A stretch of DNA of 64,000 bases from assembly GCA_012026655.1 (NCBI GenBank), contig JAAILG010000310.1, positions 1 through 64,000 on the forward strand. Reading direction: 5' to 3'. Below, in pieces: positions 48,829-61,892 of this stretch. Made by a program: the position numbers and the translations under genes. This stretch comes from Hydrolagus affinis (lineage: Eukaryota). Position 1 is the first letter of the stretch, and each line of letters opens with the position of its first letter. The notes under the pieces were generated by a model that worked only from the letters and a program-made list of their open reading frames with translations, did no database searches and had not been told where the DNA came from.

Positions 48829-51606
48829 TTTGATAGAACAGATTCAACACATTGGAATTCTAAGCTTGGGTCAAAACCTATACTTGGATTAGGTGTGTGT
48901 GTCTGATGCCAAAGTTGCAATGACTCTACATTCAATGCTTGTGAAATCAATATCATTCGACCAGAGGGACAAACAATGTTTTTAGTTTTAGTTTTGATCT
49001 TTAGATTAAATACAACCCACAGGGTCATGCAGTAATGCTTTGTGGCCACCAGGGATGGCTAATGGATTTATAACTTCTGCTGTACACTTACTGAAGAGTA
49101 CTGTACAGTACTTAGAACACAGCAACAATTCACTGAGTACTATACGTTCGTTGGTGTGATGAAGTACCATTTGAAAGGATTGAATTCATAGTTTGGATCG
49201 ATTGACACGTGAAAGAGAAAGCCTATTGTTGCGCATTGATAGCATTTGCTGAATTTGCCAACCTTGATTGAAACGTTTCAAATGAGTTGCTTCGCAGAGT
49301 GTCACCATTTCTGAGTCTTAGCATTTCCGCTCCTCCTCATTCCCTTCCCTCCTCGACCTTACTGACAGTAGATGTTGTGGAAGATTGCGAAGCTGCCGAT
49401 AGCAGCAGTAGAGACATAATGGGAGAAGGGTGAAGGGGAAGAGGCAGCAAAAAAAAACTAGGAGATAATTAATTTTCCTCTAAATTAGAGTTAAACTGTC
49501 AGTAAAAGTGCAGAGTGTGATTTTGCTAAAGATGCTAGATTATGTACAATTATTTCACTTAGACTCAACGAAAATTACTTTGGGCGATTTTAGAGCTGTG
49601 TTCAATCATGCTAGAAGTGACATTTACACTAGCAATCACACGTGTAACATAAGCAGTATTGGTGTAGGATAAATTTGGCAGATACCACATACAGAAATAG
49701 CCACAAACAACACCAGTCCTTTGAATTCTTTCCCCTTTTTTGGGTGTATGTTTTGAGATCATTTTAGGTTTCCCCTCCCTGTGCTCCACACCATATTCTG
49801 AAAACGAAAGCAGGCAGTCAGCTTAACAGTTTGAGGCTATCAGAAAGTTTCTCATGGCTTATATTAACACACATGTAGATATTATTGACATTTACTCCAA
49901 ACATTTTGCCAAGTGTTTTTACAACACTATCTATCCCAGTCTCCCACCACGTGGTGACTTCCTGTACAGACATGTTGGGAATAAAGATCCTCCTGTTGCT
50001 GCAACTCACCGAGCGAGTTGCCAAAACCTCATTTGAAATAGAAGAGACCATACACTGCAACCCAAACTGAGATGGATATGGAGAGTTCAAGACCAAGGCA
50101 GTCTTTCAGTTTGCAATTATCTCCAGACAATGCCCCAGGCAATGTCCTAGTCTGACTAGTGTCACTGGTGTGGTCAACACTGAGCACTTATTTCTAAATC
50201 ATTACTTACTGTCTTAAACAGGGTGACATAAGCCTTTCCTACAGAGGAAACAACTAATCCTACCTGCAAACTGCGCAATCAGTGAAGGTATTAGGATGTG
50301 GCTTTCTTATTGCACCGCATGGGTCTGTTTTGTGGAAAGGCTTTGGAGCCTGAGTTTAGTCGTTTCTGTGGTTTTAACAAGCTGTGATTCAGGGCAAATT
50401 GCTGAAGTGAAGGTGGTCTTGTTTCGACTGTCCTCACTTCAGAATTCAGACTCGGTGCCTATTGTCCTCTGGGACTAGGCAGCACCGCATTCAGTATGGA
50501 TGATTGTACTTTACAGCTGCTGAGAGGGCACAGGGCCTTCTTGCTTTCTCTTCATGTGTTAAGTGAGCACTAGTCGTAGCCAAGACCTGCAAGAGAAGAC
50601 TTTTGTTCTCTGGGGAATAAATGTTTTTATGCGTTTTGCGCTGTGTTTTAATTGCAGTAATGTAAATGTTTGATGTATATACACTATAACGGGATTCTAG
50701 CTCTATAGCTGATTGTACATAATTACTTCCAAAATCAAATACTAGAAACAGCTTTGTACAAACACATCAAGATGAAGTTAATAAAAAATTTATAATGTAC
50801 AAAAGAGATATGAAATTGTTTCTCAACTGCACACATTTTTGGAAATAATATTGCTATTCATTAATCACCAGATTTAAATGTGTGACAAAAATCTAACACT
50901 TAGCCGGTGGGTTCTGAACAGAACAAGAATAATTAATGTTTATATATTGCTTTACACGTAAAATAAAGCCCTTGAAAGCACATCACTAATCTCCCAGTAT
51001 ATGGGGGATAAATTGTACAAATGGAGCCTTTTGGGCTTCATATGTGGAGAAGAACAAATATAAATTTAAAGGCATTATATTTTCAACGTTAGAAAAAAAA
51101 AGTGAATGTTTTTAAACGAATTGTAATAGCTGACTTTTCAGTAAAATAGCTTTTCTCTTTAAGTGTGATTTTATTCCTGCCTTTGAGAAGCAAATAGAAA
51201 AATTGTACTGCTATAGTGAGCGGGTGTTTTAGAGAGAGATTTTACATAGTTTATAGCAAGGAAATCATTAGAAATCAGTGAGATGTGTTTGCTGGTTTGG
51301 CAGATAGTATTGTGAAGACAGGCTTTTCCATTTCATTCAGAATCTTCCATAGTAGAACACTTACTAATGAGATTGTTTTAAGTTTACTTCCCAGAACTGC
51401 TTATCATTTGAATCCACCTATCTCATTCAGATAAGTCTTTATGACTAGGCTCCTGGATTGAGTGGTAGCAGATGGAAAGCCTCCCTTCTATTCCAGTCAA
51501 AACAAAATTTACAACATCACTTGAATAGTATACCTGCTTGTAAAGCTGACACTGGTATATGGAGATGCCTATAGTTCTCAATACCCCAGTATATGGGTTG
51601 AAGAAG

Positions 51607-51822
51607 GGTCCCACAGTCCCACCTCCTCGTCTAGCTCCCTCGCCTCCTTCAAGTCCCGCCTCAAGAACCTCCGTTTTCGACGATCCCATGGGTCACCCCA
51701 AATCTCCTTTCCGTCCACCCTCCCCAAACCTGACCCCAGCTCGGGTCTAAAACATTGCCTGTCCAGCGCCTTGGGACATCCTCCCGACGTGAAGCGCGCT
51801 GTACAAATGTAATTTTGCTGCT
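51607..51822 (+). mobile_element. L2 3' fragment
   Basis: CCTTCAAGTCCCGCCTCAAGAACCTCCGTTTTCGA (FKSRLK..F end of ORF2), UTR colinear with reverse of 19320-19460, hairpin tail. Confidence 0.85.
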
Positions 51823-51859
51823 TGTCTGCCTGCACAGGAAAAGAGTAAAGAAAATACAT

Positions 51860-53560
51860 CAGTTTATTTATGGCAATAACGTACTCTACCAGTGATTCAC
51901 TCATTTTCCTTATTTGGATGCTTTTAGAAGGCATAAGAGCTAAGTGCAATAACGCCAATGATTATGTGTTTGCGGCTTTGTGGCCTAAAATATTTAACTA
52001 CACTTTGGGGAAACTTGCAATTAGGACATAGCATAGCAGCCAGTGGCTAAAGTGAGTGTTAGCAATTTCACTGGAATTTTAAGTACTTGTTTACCCTCTT
52101 TCCCACATGTTCAATCTCTCTGTAGTAGCTATAAAAACAGTGCGGCTTCTCAATGAAAAATCAGCCCAAAGAACTGTTACATCTTGTAATCTGTGAAGAG
52201 GATAATTATTAAATAAACTTGAATGCGGGCAAACATAAAACATATTTGTGGCTAGCGCAGCCTCATTTACTGTTGACTTCGGTTCTACACTCGCTGAGAT
52301 AATTAGATTCATGTTGCTCATTCAACTGGCTTGCATAAATGTCATTTAAGATTGCGGGTTCTGGCTTTTCTCCTTGCTCCAAGACCCCATTCAACCTGCA
52401 TTCAGACATCATGATGACAATGGCTTGGCCTGGAGTGCACTGCTTACCGCTGGGATTCCAATCCAGGCATCACCGATCGGTGACCTGGCTATTGTTGTTT
52501 GTGATACTTACTGGTAAACTTCACAATCAATACAACATCAGCCAGAGAAGCTCCTGGGAATGAAAAGCTGAAACAGTGCACTTAATCTTAGAGCCACATT
52601 GCGCTCTCTGCTCTGCTGCTAAACTGAGTAGTTGGCCTACTTGATACTGCATTATCGCACCAGAGGTCAGATGTGAACTGGTTTGGCATGCTCTGATGAA
52701 TGGCTGTTTGCAAAGAACCACCTCCTCTACCCAACAAAAGACAGTTAATAATGATAGACTATAACAGCACACATGAAAATCCTTGTAGCTTGTTTGCAAG
52801 CAATTGTTTCATCTGGGACTGATCTAGAGAGCTCCGGCTATAGTGTAATGCTTTCACAATTAACTGGCATTTTGCTAAAATAGGCAGATGCAGCAGTGAC
52901 AGTTTTTGAAGCAAACAATATCTGTAGTGACAGCAATAACAAATTAATTGGGTCCGCAAAAGAAGCTTTATAAAGGTGAAGTAAACACACTTGACTGTAA
53001 TTTTTTTCTCACAAGCTGTTCAATCTTGATTGGTTCTAAAAATAAGCGGAAGACACAAGACGGTTTTAATGGATTTTGATGCCTTGGAATTTTGCAGGCA
53101 GTCTTGCGTTTCGGAATCATGATTTCGAAAAACCCAATCGATCATATCAGGAAATGATTTTCACCTATCTATGTGTTCTTTTGTTGCATAAGTTATCTTT
53201 GCAACAGCTGCTGACGCGTTCACTCTCGCTAGTGAAGGCTGTGAAATTCAAAAGTAAAAGAGGCAAGACAGTAAAGATCTGCAAAACATCATCTTGCTTG
53301 AAGGTCAGAACTAGAGGGTTTATTTTTCCTGCACTATAATTGCATAATCGTTGGTGTAAAGCTGAAGAGTCCACATGCTTGTACAAAGATTGCTAATTGG
53401 GGTGAAAATGTTTCCTTTCTCCGTTACCTGGAGTGATGTAGCCATGTCACATTTGATTAGGGTATGCAATGTGAATTATTAGAATTTACCGTTGGAAGTA
53501 GAGAGGGAATTAGCGGTTAAATTAACTCCTGGAGTCTCATTATTTTTGTTGGATCCACCA
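51860..53560. promoter_or_regulatory. Candidate conserved non-coding element cluster
   Basis: 1.7 kb repeat-free, with retained CpGs and many TAATTA/AATTAA, TGACAG and E-box motifs. Confidence 0.35.
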
Positions 53561-53957
53561 TATTGTTAAAGATGGGAGATTACAGCAAACCTGTTACTGA
53601 ACAAACAGCACATCCATCATCCTTCACAGGTTACGACATTATGATAAATAATTTCAGGGACAAGGTCAGACAATGTATGAACATGGTCCTTTCCCCTCCG
53701 GGATCTTGGTTTTTGAGCCAAAGTGAGGGCCTCCAAATTGTTAAATACGCTACAGTATTGAAAAGCAATCTGAGCAGTCACAATCCACTCCCTTCATTGT
53801 GGTTGTAAACCCACAGAAACAAAACTGCTTCCAGATTTGATACAGTAGTACAATAATAGAAACCCATTATCCAGATAGAAGGTGCGCAAAATAATCTTTG
53901 CATTTGATAAGAGTGTTTTAGCAGAGAGGTTGAGACTCTATCTTTTGCAAAGCACGT

Positions 53958-54068
53958 CACAGAATATATTTTGTGGGTGAAACGAGGCCGCTAATTGCTC
54001 ACAGCAGTGTCCCTTAAATATTTGTAGATTGAGTGACCAATTTTTTTTGGTGGGGGAGGGATTATTAC
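53958..54068 (-). mobile_element. Degenerate tRNA-SINE fragment
   Basis: CACAGAATATATTTTGTGGGTGAAACG..CTAATTGCTCACAGCAGTGTCCC. Confidence 0.75.
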
Positions 54069-54479
54069 CCCCTGGAAACTGACCCGCTAATCTACTATCA
54101 ACTATGGAATTGTCACTGCTGCAGTTAGAGCATTTTTCCATTGTGTGGGTAAAGTAATGAACAACAGCTTAGCAGGTGATTGGCAATACTTATGCAACCA
54201 TAAGTAGAAAGTGGTAACATTTTCCCAAACCCTCATCTCAGTGTTGCAATACATTGACGTTCATCACAATAATTACTGAACATTGGTCCACATAATCACA
54301 TCTCATTTTAACACAGGATAAAAGGCCTCACCATGAACCTTCAATGCAACAATGCTCTGTTTAATAAACCTACTTTATTAACCTGATTGCTTCCATTTGG
54401 GGCTTTGGGATCCAAAATTTCCTCTCTTTCATTCTACATCAATGGGGGGGAGGGAGGAGTGGAGCACAGGCAGGAAGAA

Positions 54480-54692
54480 CAACCATTCTCTCTTCTGGTT
54501 CCACGGGATATTTAACATCCACCTGAGCAGGCAACGGGATCTTAATAATATCTGAAGAATGGAGTCTTCAATAACACAGCTCTCCAACATCACTGCATGC
54601 TGGCGTCCTCCGAGATTATGAGCTCAATGTCCCGATCTGAGTTCTCCTGCTTCAGAGAAGGAGGGTAAGAGTGTGTCACCAGCTGAGCCAGG
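54480..54692 (-). mobile_element. Deu-domain SINE relic
   Basis: GGGATATTTAACATCCACCTGAGCAGGCA..CACTGCA..GATTATGAGCTCAA..CCAGCTGAGCCA, colinear with 4100-4283. Confidence 0.65.
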
Positions 54693-55997
54693 CTGTACAG
54701 GAGCAGGAATCTGGGCATCTCCAAGCGAAGGTCTGCAGAAACTGGGCAACTAATTCTTTTTTTTTTAAAAAATGCGATTGTAAAATATTGCTGAAAAGAA
54801 AACTGAGCCAACTTGAGTCATTTTGAGGGCCTGATGACCAGATGTGGAGAGACATACCACCACAGGGTATTCACTGCCGACTGGCCTGTACATTCCCAGC
54901 CGCCTGCTTCCTAGTACAAGACACTAGGAGGTACAAAGCAACAGTTTGAGGCATTGATCTGCACGGCCATGTTCTTTGTTGCTTCTGCCGTATGGTCAGT
55001 AAACCTTCGACTCGGGAGTTTGGCTACAAGTGTCACAAACTACTCTGGTTTAACGAACGCAAGCTCCGCTAACAGTTATTTTGCTCCAATAACTAGGAAT
55101 GTGTTGAGCCCATATATTTGGCAGGAGAATCATGTTCTCAGCCATATGGACCTCCTGCATGTTGAGGGAATGGAAGTCCTTACACCGTTAATATGTTAAT
55201 TAAATAAAGCAACTTGTTCAAAGACAGCTGAATAACCAGTGAGCGAGGCTCCAATCTAAACCCTGTGTAGAATCCCAGTTGGCAGACTAATGGAGGGAGT
55301 TACTATAATTACACTATATTTTTGTAGGTACCTTCCTATGGATCCATATTTAAATAAAATATACTTTATATTAATCTTGCTGAATATCTTTTTTTAAAGT
55401 ATAGTGTGAAAGCTAATACTTCTTCAAATGCTTGACAGCACACAGTGCTATAGTTCTCAGTTAGACAACTCTCTTGCTATAAGACCTTGGCTCGTGCATT
55501 TTTCATCTTACTTTCTATGCTAGTTTGTAGGACATTAATTATAATGTAATTATCACATGCAAATATTTGACCCCCCAAAGGAGGATGTTATAATCGGAAG
55601 CTGTAGGAGAGCACTTAGGGAAATGCCACAATTTATACTTTCAGCTCAGAATTCTCGACATTAAATAGATTTAATTATTTCATTAGCACCATTAAATAGC
55701 TTTCCCCCACCCCACCCACCCTGATTTCCCCAAATCCTGTCCCTTCCATGCTGATAATATCCTAGTGTGTACTTTGAGGGATATGAATATTAAAATTCTG
55801 GTCTGCCTACCTCCTTCCATGCCAGTTCAAGTAGACAGAAATTACTGGTGGTTAGATTTCAATGTGAAACACAGCTAATGCTCATTAAGCAGATCGGTGA
55901 GAGAGGGACACTGCATGTCATTTGCATCCATTTGTGTTGCTCTCAAAAGTGCACAACTTGTATTCGTTACTAATTTACTGTCAGCGTAAAAGGATAT

Positions 55998-56097
55998 NNN
56001 NNNNNNNNNNNNNNNNNNNNNNNNNNNNNNNNNNNNNNNNNNNNNNNNNNNNNNNNNNNNNNNNNNNNNNNNNNNNNNNNNNNNNNNNNNNNNNNNN
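55998..56097. other. Assembly gap (100 N) adjacent to a poly-C tract
   Basis: Run of N followed directly by C-run and (CA)n. Confidence 1.
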
Positions 56098-57215
56098 CCC
56101 CCCCCCCCCCCCCCCCACACACACACCACACATCCCCCCCGCCAGGCAAAGAAAGATGCCCATCTGGGAGTTATTAACATATCCTCATCAATTCAATACT
56201 GACTTTAACATAATCCATATTTGTTGGAGAAAGTCCAACACCGGCAACAGAACAGCAGTCATATGTTGCTGTGACACATTTCAACCAGTACATATAAAGC
56301 ATGCTTGGGTAGCAAAGCACTTCAGAAATGCAAATATCAAAAGCACTTCCCTGACTAGATAAAAAGAACAAATCCCTCTTGGCAAGCCATCTAAGATTCT
56401 TGTTTTGTTGTTTGAATTTTCCCAATGATGTTTGGAGCTATAAATAGGAGATCAAAGCCTGTGTTATTCCCATTATGTCTTTAATTGGGTTATGTAGAGA
56501 GGGAATCTTCAAGTGAAATTTCATCTCTTAAAGAGTTGACAACGAATATCCTTTTTCCCAGGTCCTATTTTGCACCGAGATTTTTTTTTAAAAAAAGTCA
56601 TAGTCTCAATGTTTCATTCTTTTACTGTTTTTTTTAAAAATCTCAAATCTTTACATCTGTGATAGTTCATAGGGTTTCTGTCTGGCAGAAACTGCGGGTT
56701 TCGCACAAGCGAAAAGTTCGCACACGTCACTTTACTAGAACAAAATATTCTGGCTTCTGCTAAGAGATTAAACATCGAATAAGGGCAGCCAAGCCAAGAA
56801 CAGATAATACTCAGATTCTCAGATTGCATATTTGCTTCCGTCTCTGTAATAACTGCAATGAAATGTCTCACAATGTGGTTAAAAAAACACAAGTGTGGTT
56901 GATTTGGAAGCATTTCCCCCCAATATGCTCTGTGTAGCCTCTGGTCCATTTACCCTCAGATAATGGGACCAATTAGACACCCAGCACTCTCCTTGGCAAC
57001 GCTCCAGAACGAGCTGTGAGGTTGTGGTACTGTACTGCCGATTTCCCGGAGTGTTCACACACAATAGCTACTGCTTGTTCTCCAGCTTCTGAGCCAGCCT
57101 GTCAGTTGAACACTGGAGGGACACAGCCACCGCAGGCTCATTTAAACTCACAATCTAAACATTTGCACCTTCAGTGTGGGAAGGCTGTTGAATTGTACAT
57201 TTGAATAAAGTTACA

Positions 57216-57369
57216 ATAATACAATAAGCCTTGCATTTCAAACAGCGCCTCATCGGGTCTTCGAGACATCTCGAAACACTTCACAGTGCAACATGTAAAG
57301 TGAATTGACTGTATAATTTGTGGGCGAAACACGGCAGCCAATTGCGCACAGCAGTGACCTCACAAACAG
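57216..57369 (-). mobile_element. tRNA-SINE 3' half
   Basis: CCTTGCATTTCA..GTAAAGTGAATTGACTGTA..GGGCGAAACACGGCAGCCAATTGCGCACAGCAGTG. Confidence 0.85.
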
Positions 57370-57889
57370 GTCACTTCAGTTTGTTTTGCTTCTTTACCTT
57401 CAATAGATTGTCGTGCCACCATGAAAATGCTTTCTAGTTATTTGCTGCTTATCGCCCCATTTATTGTGATTTTTCTCCACTGTTGGTATGGTTTTACTCT
57501 CGAGTGCGAATGATTTGGGCCATAGATGTTCCTTTGTTACCATCCTTGCTGCTTCACAGATGGTGTGAGTTACAGTGAGCTAGTTTCCCCTCGCTGGGAG
57601 AAGGAACTTTTGAACTTGGGTTCGACTCAAGGGCCCTGGAGTTCATTCATGTTGTCGCAGTCTCGGCTCTCACACTACAGTTGACAAATGTGTCAATTCA
57701 CTCTGATGCCTAGTTTTTGGTGATCTGACACACAGCACAATAGGGGCATTGATTCCAAAGCAATTGTTCTACATTGATATCGCTCTACCATGTGGTGCTT
57801 GTAATATTATACTAACACCATCACTAAACAGAAATCACTGAGAAAAGCCCCATAACATCTGACAAAAAGGTTGGAAACCAAATACTGAC

Positions 57890-58920
57890 TTTGGTTCATC
57901 AATTATTTGTGAATCTTTTGCTGAATCATAAATCGCACGTCACAATTAGTGCAGTCCAGTTTGCAAATGCTGCCAATTACGATGGCTAATTATGATATTA
58001 TTACACCGTGATTAGTAACTTGCTTCGTGCCTCATCGAAAAAAGCTTCCACTAACTCAAAACAGTTTTCAGTTAGACAAGTCATTTGCTGAGGGCAAAGA
58101 GTTAAAAATCAGTTTGAAATTTCACGAAAACACAGGAGAAATATCCTCTTTTTGGCCCACTAAGCAAACACAAGAAACATCTGGACCCCAAACTGTGCAG
58201 ACATCATGCGCTGCGCTGCATCACCAGTGTCTGCGTGTGTTTGTGTGTTATTGTGTAAAGGACCTGTCAAGGGAACAATTCCAGGCAAAATCGTTTCACC
58301 AAAATAGTTCTGTGAACACTTTCGAATAAGTTTTCCTTAAAAATCAGAAACGAGTAGCAACCACGAGTCTGTAGATAATTCACTGATCATCAATTCCTAT
58401 TATTTATACGTTAGCTGCTTTCGGTTTACAGTGATCTGGAATAGGAGAAATAGTCCCAGCAGGAGGCCAAATCCCAGCGGATAAAACATGTTCTGTGATG
58501 TGGGAAATGGATCAGCAAGGGGGACCGGAAAGATTAACAACAAACTCTCAAGGGTTGCGGTTAATTTTCCCCAATCGGCACACCTTGGCAAGACAATATG
58601 TTGACTCATGGGGGAAAGCAAATGGATATATAAAAAAAAATACCAGCATCGATGTAAATTGAAGTTGTGCCTTTGTGTGTGTTTCAATGTGCCATTTCTC
58701 TGACGGGTAAAGATTGCTGTATTCATAAGCTTATTTTGTGGTGATGCTGTTCTTACATTCTGCTCCTTTTCATTGACATGGACTAACAACTCAGTGAGAA
58801 TCTGAATGGTCCTCTCAACAAATGTCCTTTTAAGCCTCGACAGGGAGGTAAATAGGGGCTGCTTAAGGCTGACAAGACTTTGAGGAACCTTATCAAAGCT
58901 GGGCAGTTCTTCAACAATCC
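57890..58920. promoter_or_regulatory. Candidate conserved non-coding element cluster
   Basis: Repeat-free, with TAATTA/CAATTA homeobox sites, octamer-like TTTGCAAAT, RBPJ-type GTGGGAA and AP-1 TGACTCA. Confidence 0.3.
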
Positions 58921-58937
58921 AAGGCAATTTTGGACAG

Positions 58938-58990
58938 CTAATAATAGTAATAATAATAATAATAGTAACAATACTAATCATAATCATAAT
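58938..58990. repeat. Imperfect (AAT)n microsatellite
   Basis: TAATAATAGTAATAATAATAATAATAGTAAC... Confidence 0.9.
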
Positions 58991-61430
58991 CCTTAGACAT
59001 ATCCTTAACCTTAAAGGGTGTGATGATCCTATCTGACATGCTGTATGGTTAACAGTTTAACTTGCCCATCTTAAAGTAGATGTGATAAAATATTGTTTTG
59101 TTTGGTTCACTAAAATATAGAATGGGGGTGGGGGTGGGGGGGTGGTGGAGGGGAGTGTTGGACTAAATGGATTTACAACTTTCTAAGTGGCTCCTAATTC
59201 TCAATAGGCTGCTGTAATAATAATAATAATGGGAAGATTACTCAATTTCTTCAATGATTGCGAAAGTTGGCTGAAACAGCAACAGGGGGATAAGCTGGCT
59301 TTTCCAATTATCGAGGATATTTTTGGCTATGGGCTGTGAGTCTCCAGTGTTTCTAAATCCCAATCAGCCCATCACATATTGAGTCAGTGCAGGGAGAGGT
59401 AGGCGGAGGCCAGTCTCCAAACTACTTGTATTATCAATGGTTTACCGAACCCAGCAAACCAAGAGCCTCAAAAGGATGTGACCTGGGCAAGACACAGTCT
59501 GTGGTTTCCTGTCCTTGGCCTCCGCTCTGTGTCTCGCTGTGTTGACTGAGTCTGTCAGTGAAGACATGACAGATCATGAGCATGTGCTTGATCAATCCTC
59601 TTTATCTCTCATCTACCGCCACTGTCTATTCACCACAGTGTTTTCCTTTGATGATGTAATGAATATGAAATGTTCTCGTTTCTACAATATTTTTCTTTCC
59701 TTCGAACAGGAATTATTATCATGGGAAGAATTTTCCAATTGTGCAGTTCAGCTTTAAATAACATGCCAAGTGATTTAGGGATATATTGAGGTACCAATTA
59801 CATATATAAATCTGACCCATATATAATAATAATTATTATATATATACATATATGGGTAGCATCCCTTCATGATCTGATCTACAAGCTATTGATTGATAGT
59901 AAATAAGGTGGAATCTAATCACTGTAGGACCATGATGTGAAAATGTCAAGTTACTCAAGTTGTAACAGGCATAGCTGTGCTGTGAAAATATTTTCTTTTA
60001 TTTAAACTGTGTAGCACAAGACCGGCAACCTGCATGGAAATGCCGATGGGGGTAGCAGGAAGCAACCAACTTTCTCGCCAAAGGCAGCATTGTCACAAGT
60101 CAGATTACACTCCAATATTTACCACCAGAGGGTCCAACATTTTCAGGCATAAAACATCTTAAACAATCTATTTAAATTTAAAAAACGAGCAGAATTTCTA
60201 GTGGTTAATCAGGCTTGCAGATTTATTTTCCAGGAGGTAGTATTTTATTCCTATTTATTGAAGTATTGTCCACCCCTACATTGCATTTTATTTCCATTCA
60301 ATCCGCTTTGTATGAACTTTCCAAAACTTGTGCAAAGTACAATATCATTATTTTGCTGTGAGACGAATGCAGCTCTTACCTAAATAAATAAAGAAATAAA
60401 TAAATACTGGTGAAATATGGAAATAATTGCATATTCCTGTGCGATTGCACTCATTATAGCATATTATTAACCTGTTGTTTACTCTCAGCCCTGAATCATG
60501 CTTCAAGTTTAAGTTTGACTTCAACAAGAACCCCCTCAGTTTTAACACAGCTTTATGTTTGGACAGTTTAGGTAATATTGACAGGGAAACTTTCCATCAG
60601 ACCTGGACCATAAAAAGTGCACTTCACTACTTCAAAGAGTTATGACTGAAGTAGTCTAAAGGCACTATTTATTACTTGAACTTTACAATGAGCCATTATT
60701 AATCTTTACCTGTCACTAAACTATGTTAATATATGACCACACAGAATCAAAGGCAGAGTCCCACAACGGTTTATCTGACAAAGCAGGTTTTCCTGTCAGT
60801 TTTTTTTTTGCTGACTGTAAATAATTTTTTTAAAAAAGGGCTGATAGGTAGGCTGTCTATATTTTCACATTAAAAATTAGCACTTAAACATATAAACAAT
60901 ACAACCACTAGAAAACCCGAAGGCAGAAAATACAATGTTACCAAAGAGAAATCTCACTTTCCCCGCCCAAGTGCGATAAAAGTCTAGTTTAAATACAATC
61001 AAAGAAAGGTAGTGGACTCCAGCCACAACGGAAAGAATTTAACGCCGTAAAATCTCTGTGTAAACATTCACATTTCAAAGGGATTAAGGCCAGTGGACCA
61101 AATTAAACCACTTCCAACGAGTGAGAACAGCCTGGCACTTGTTAACAGTGTATTGCTGTAAGGTAAGCAGCAGGGGGCTTCTTGGTATCAGGCAAGGGTT
61201 CAAACTCTTCTATCCATTTCAGAATGATTTTGACAGCCTCATGGATATATGCAATGCAACCTCTTTTATGACGGAGACTGTAGCTTCAGTGAGTGAGCTT
61301 TAGTGAGTAACTCCCAGCAATCTTTCTACAACTTTTTGTTTTTAATATAATAAACTAAAGGCCCTGAAATTCTGGAGGGTTTATCCTAACAGAGATCAAG
61401 AATTTTTAAGTTAAAATAGTGAAAAGGCTT

Positions 61431-61500
61431 AATAATAATCCTCGCATTTGATATTGCGCCTTATCGTGTTGTCGAGACGTCTGAAAGCGCTTCACAGAAT
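61431..61500 (-). mobile_element. tRNA-SINE 3' tail
   Basis: AATAATAATCCTCGCATTTGATATTGCGCCTTATC..GAGACGTCTGAAAGCGCTTCACAGAAT. Confidence 0.85.
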
Positions 61501-61699
61501 AGACTGGGAATGTGGACCCTGATCATTTGCGGCATGTGAGTGACTGTCTTCTGGAAGTTGTTGTGATGTTGGTCATTGCTACTGTTAGCCACGTTATGAA
61601 TATGAATCCAAATTATTTCATCCACACACAGCTCCTTCTTGTCGGCCATCCTCAAGTCAGACAGCAGCATGACTAATATTGAGAGGGAAGAGGATAACA

Positions 61700-61892
61700 A
61701 TAATATTAATAATAATAATAATACTTGCATTTGATACTGTACTTTTCACGTCTTCGAGACGTCTCAAAGCGCTTCACAGAATTTACTGTAAAGTGAATTG
61801 ACCGTATATTTGTGGACGAAACTCTGTGGCCAAATGCGCACAGCCACGTCCCACAAACAGTCGTGGATTGAAATGACCAATTTATTGTTTTT
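61700..61892 (-). mobile_element. tRNA-SINE 3' half
   Basis: (AAT)n CTTGCATTTGATA..CACGTCTTCGAGACGTCTCAAAGCGCTTCACAG..GTGGATTGAAATGACC. Confidence 0.9.

Noticed and set aside
55875-56362. ORFs spanning 55875-56362
   Set aside because: Artefacts of reading through the N gap and poly-C tract
58400-58987. Longest ORF (195 aa, - strand)
   Set aside because: Starts within an (ATT)n microsatellite, has no recognisable domain and shows non-coding composition
59815-59857. Short AT-rich palindrome ACCCATATAT...ATATATGGGT
   Set aside because: Mostly (TA)/(AAT) low complexity; expected by chance
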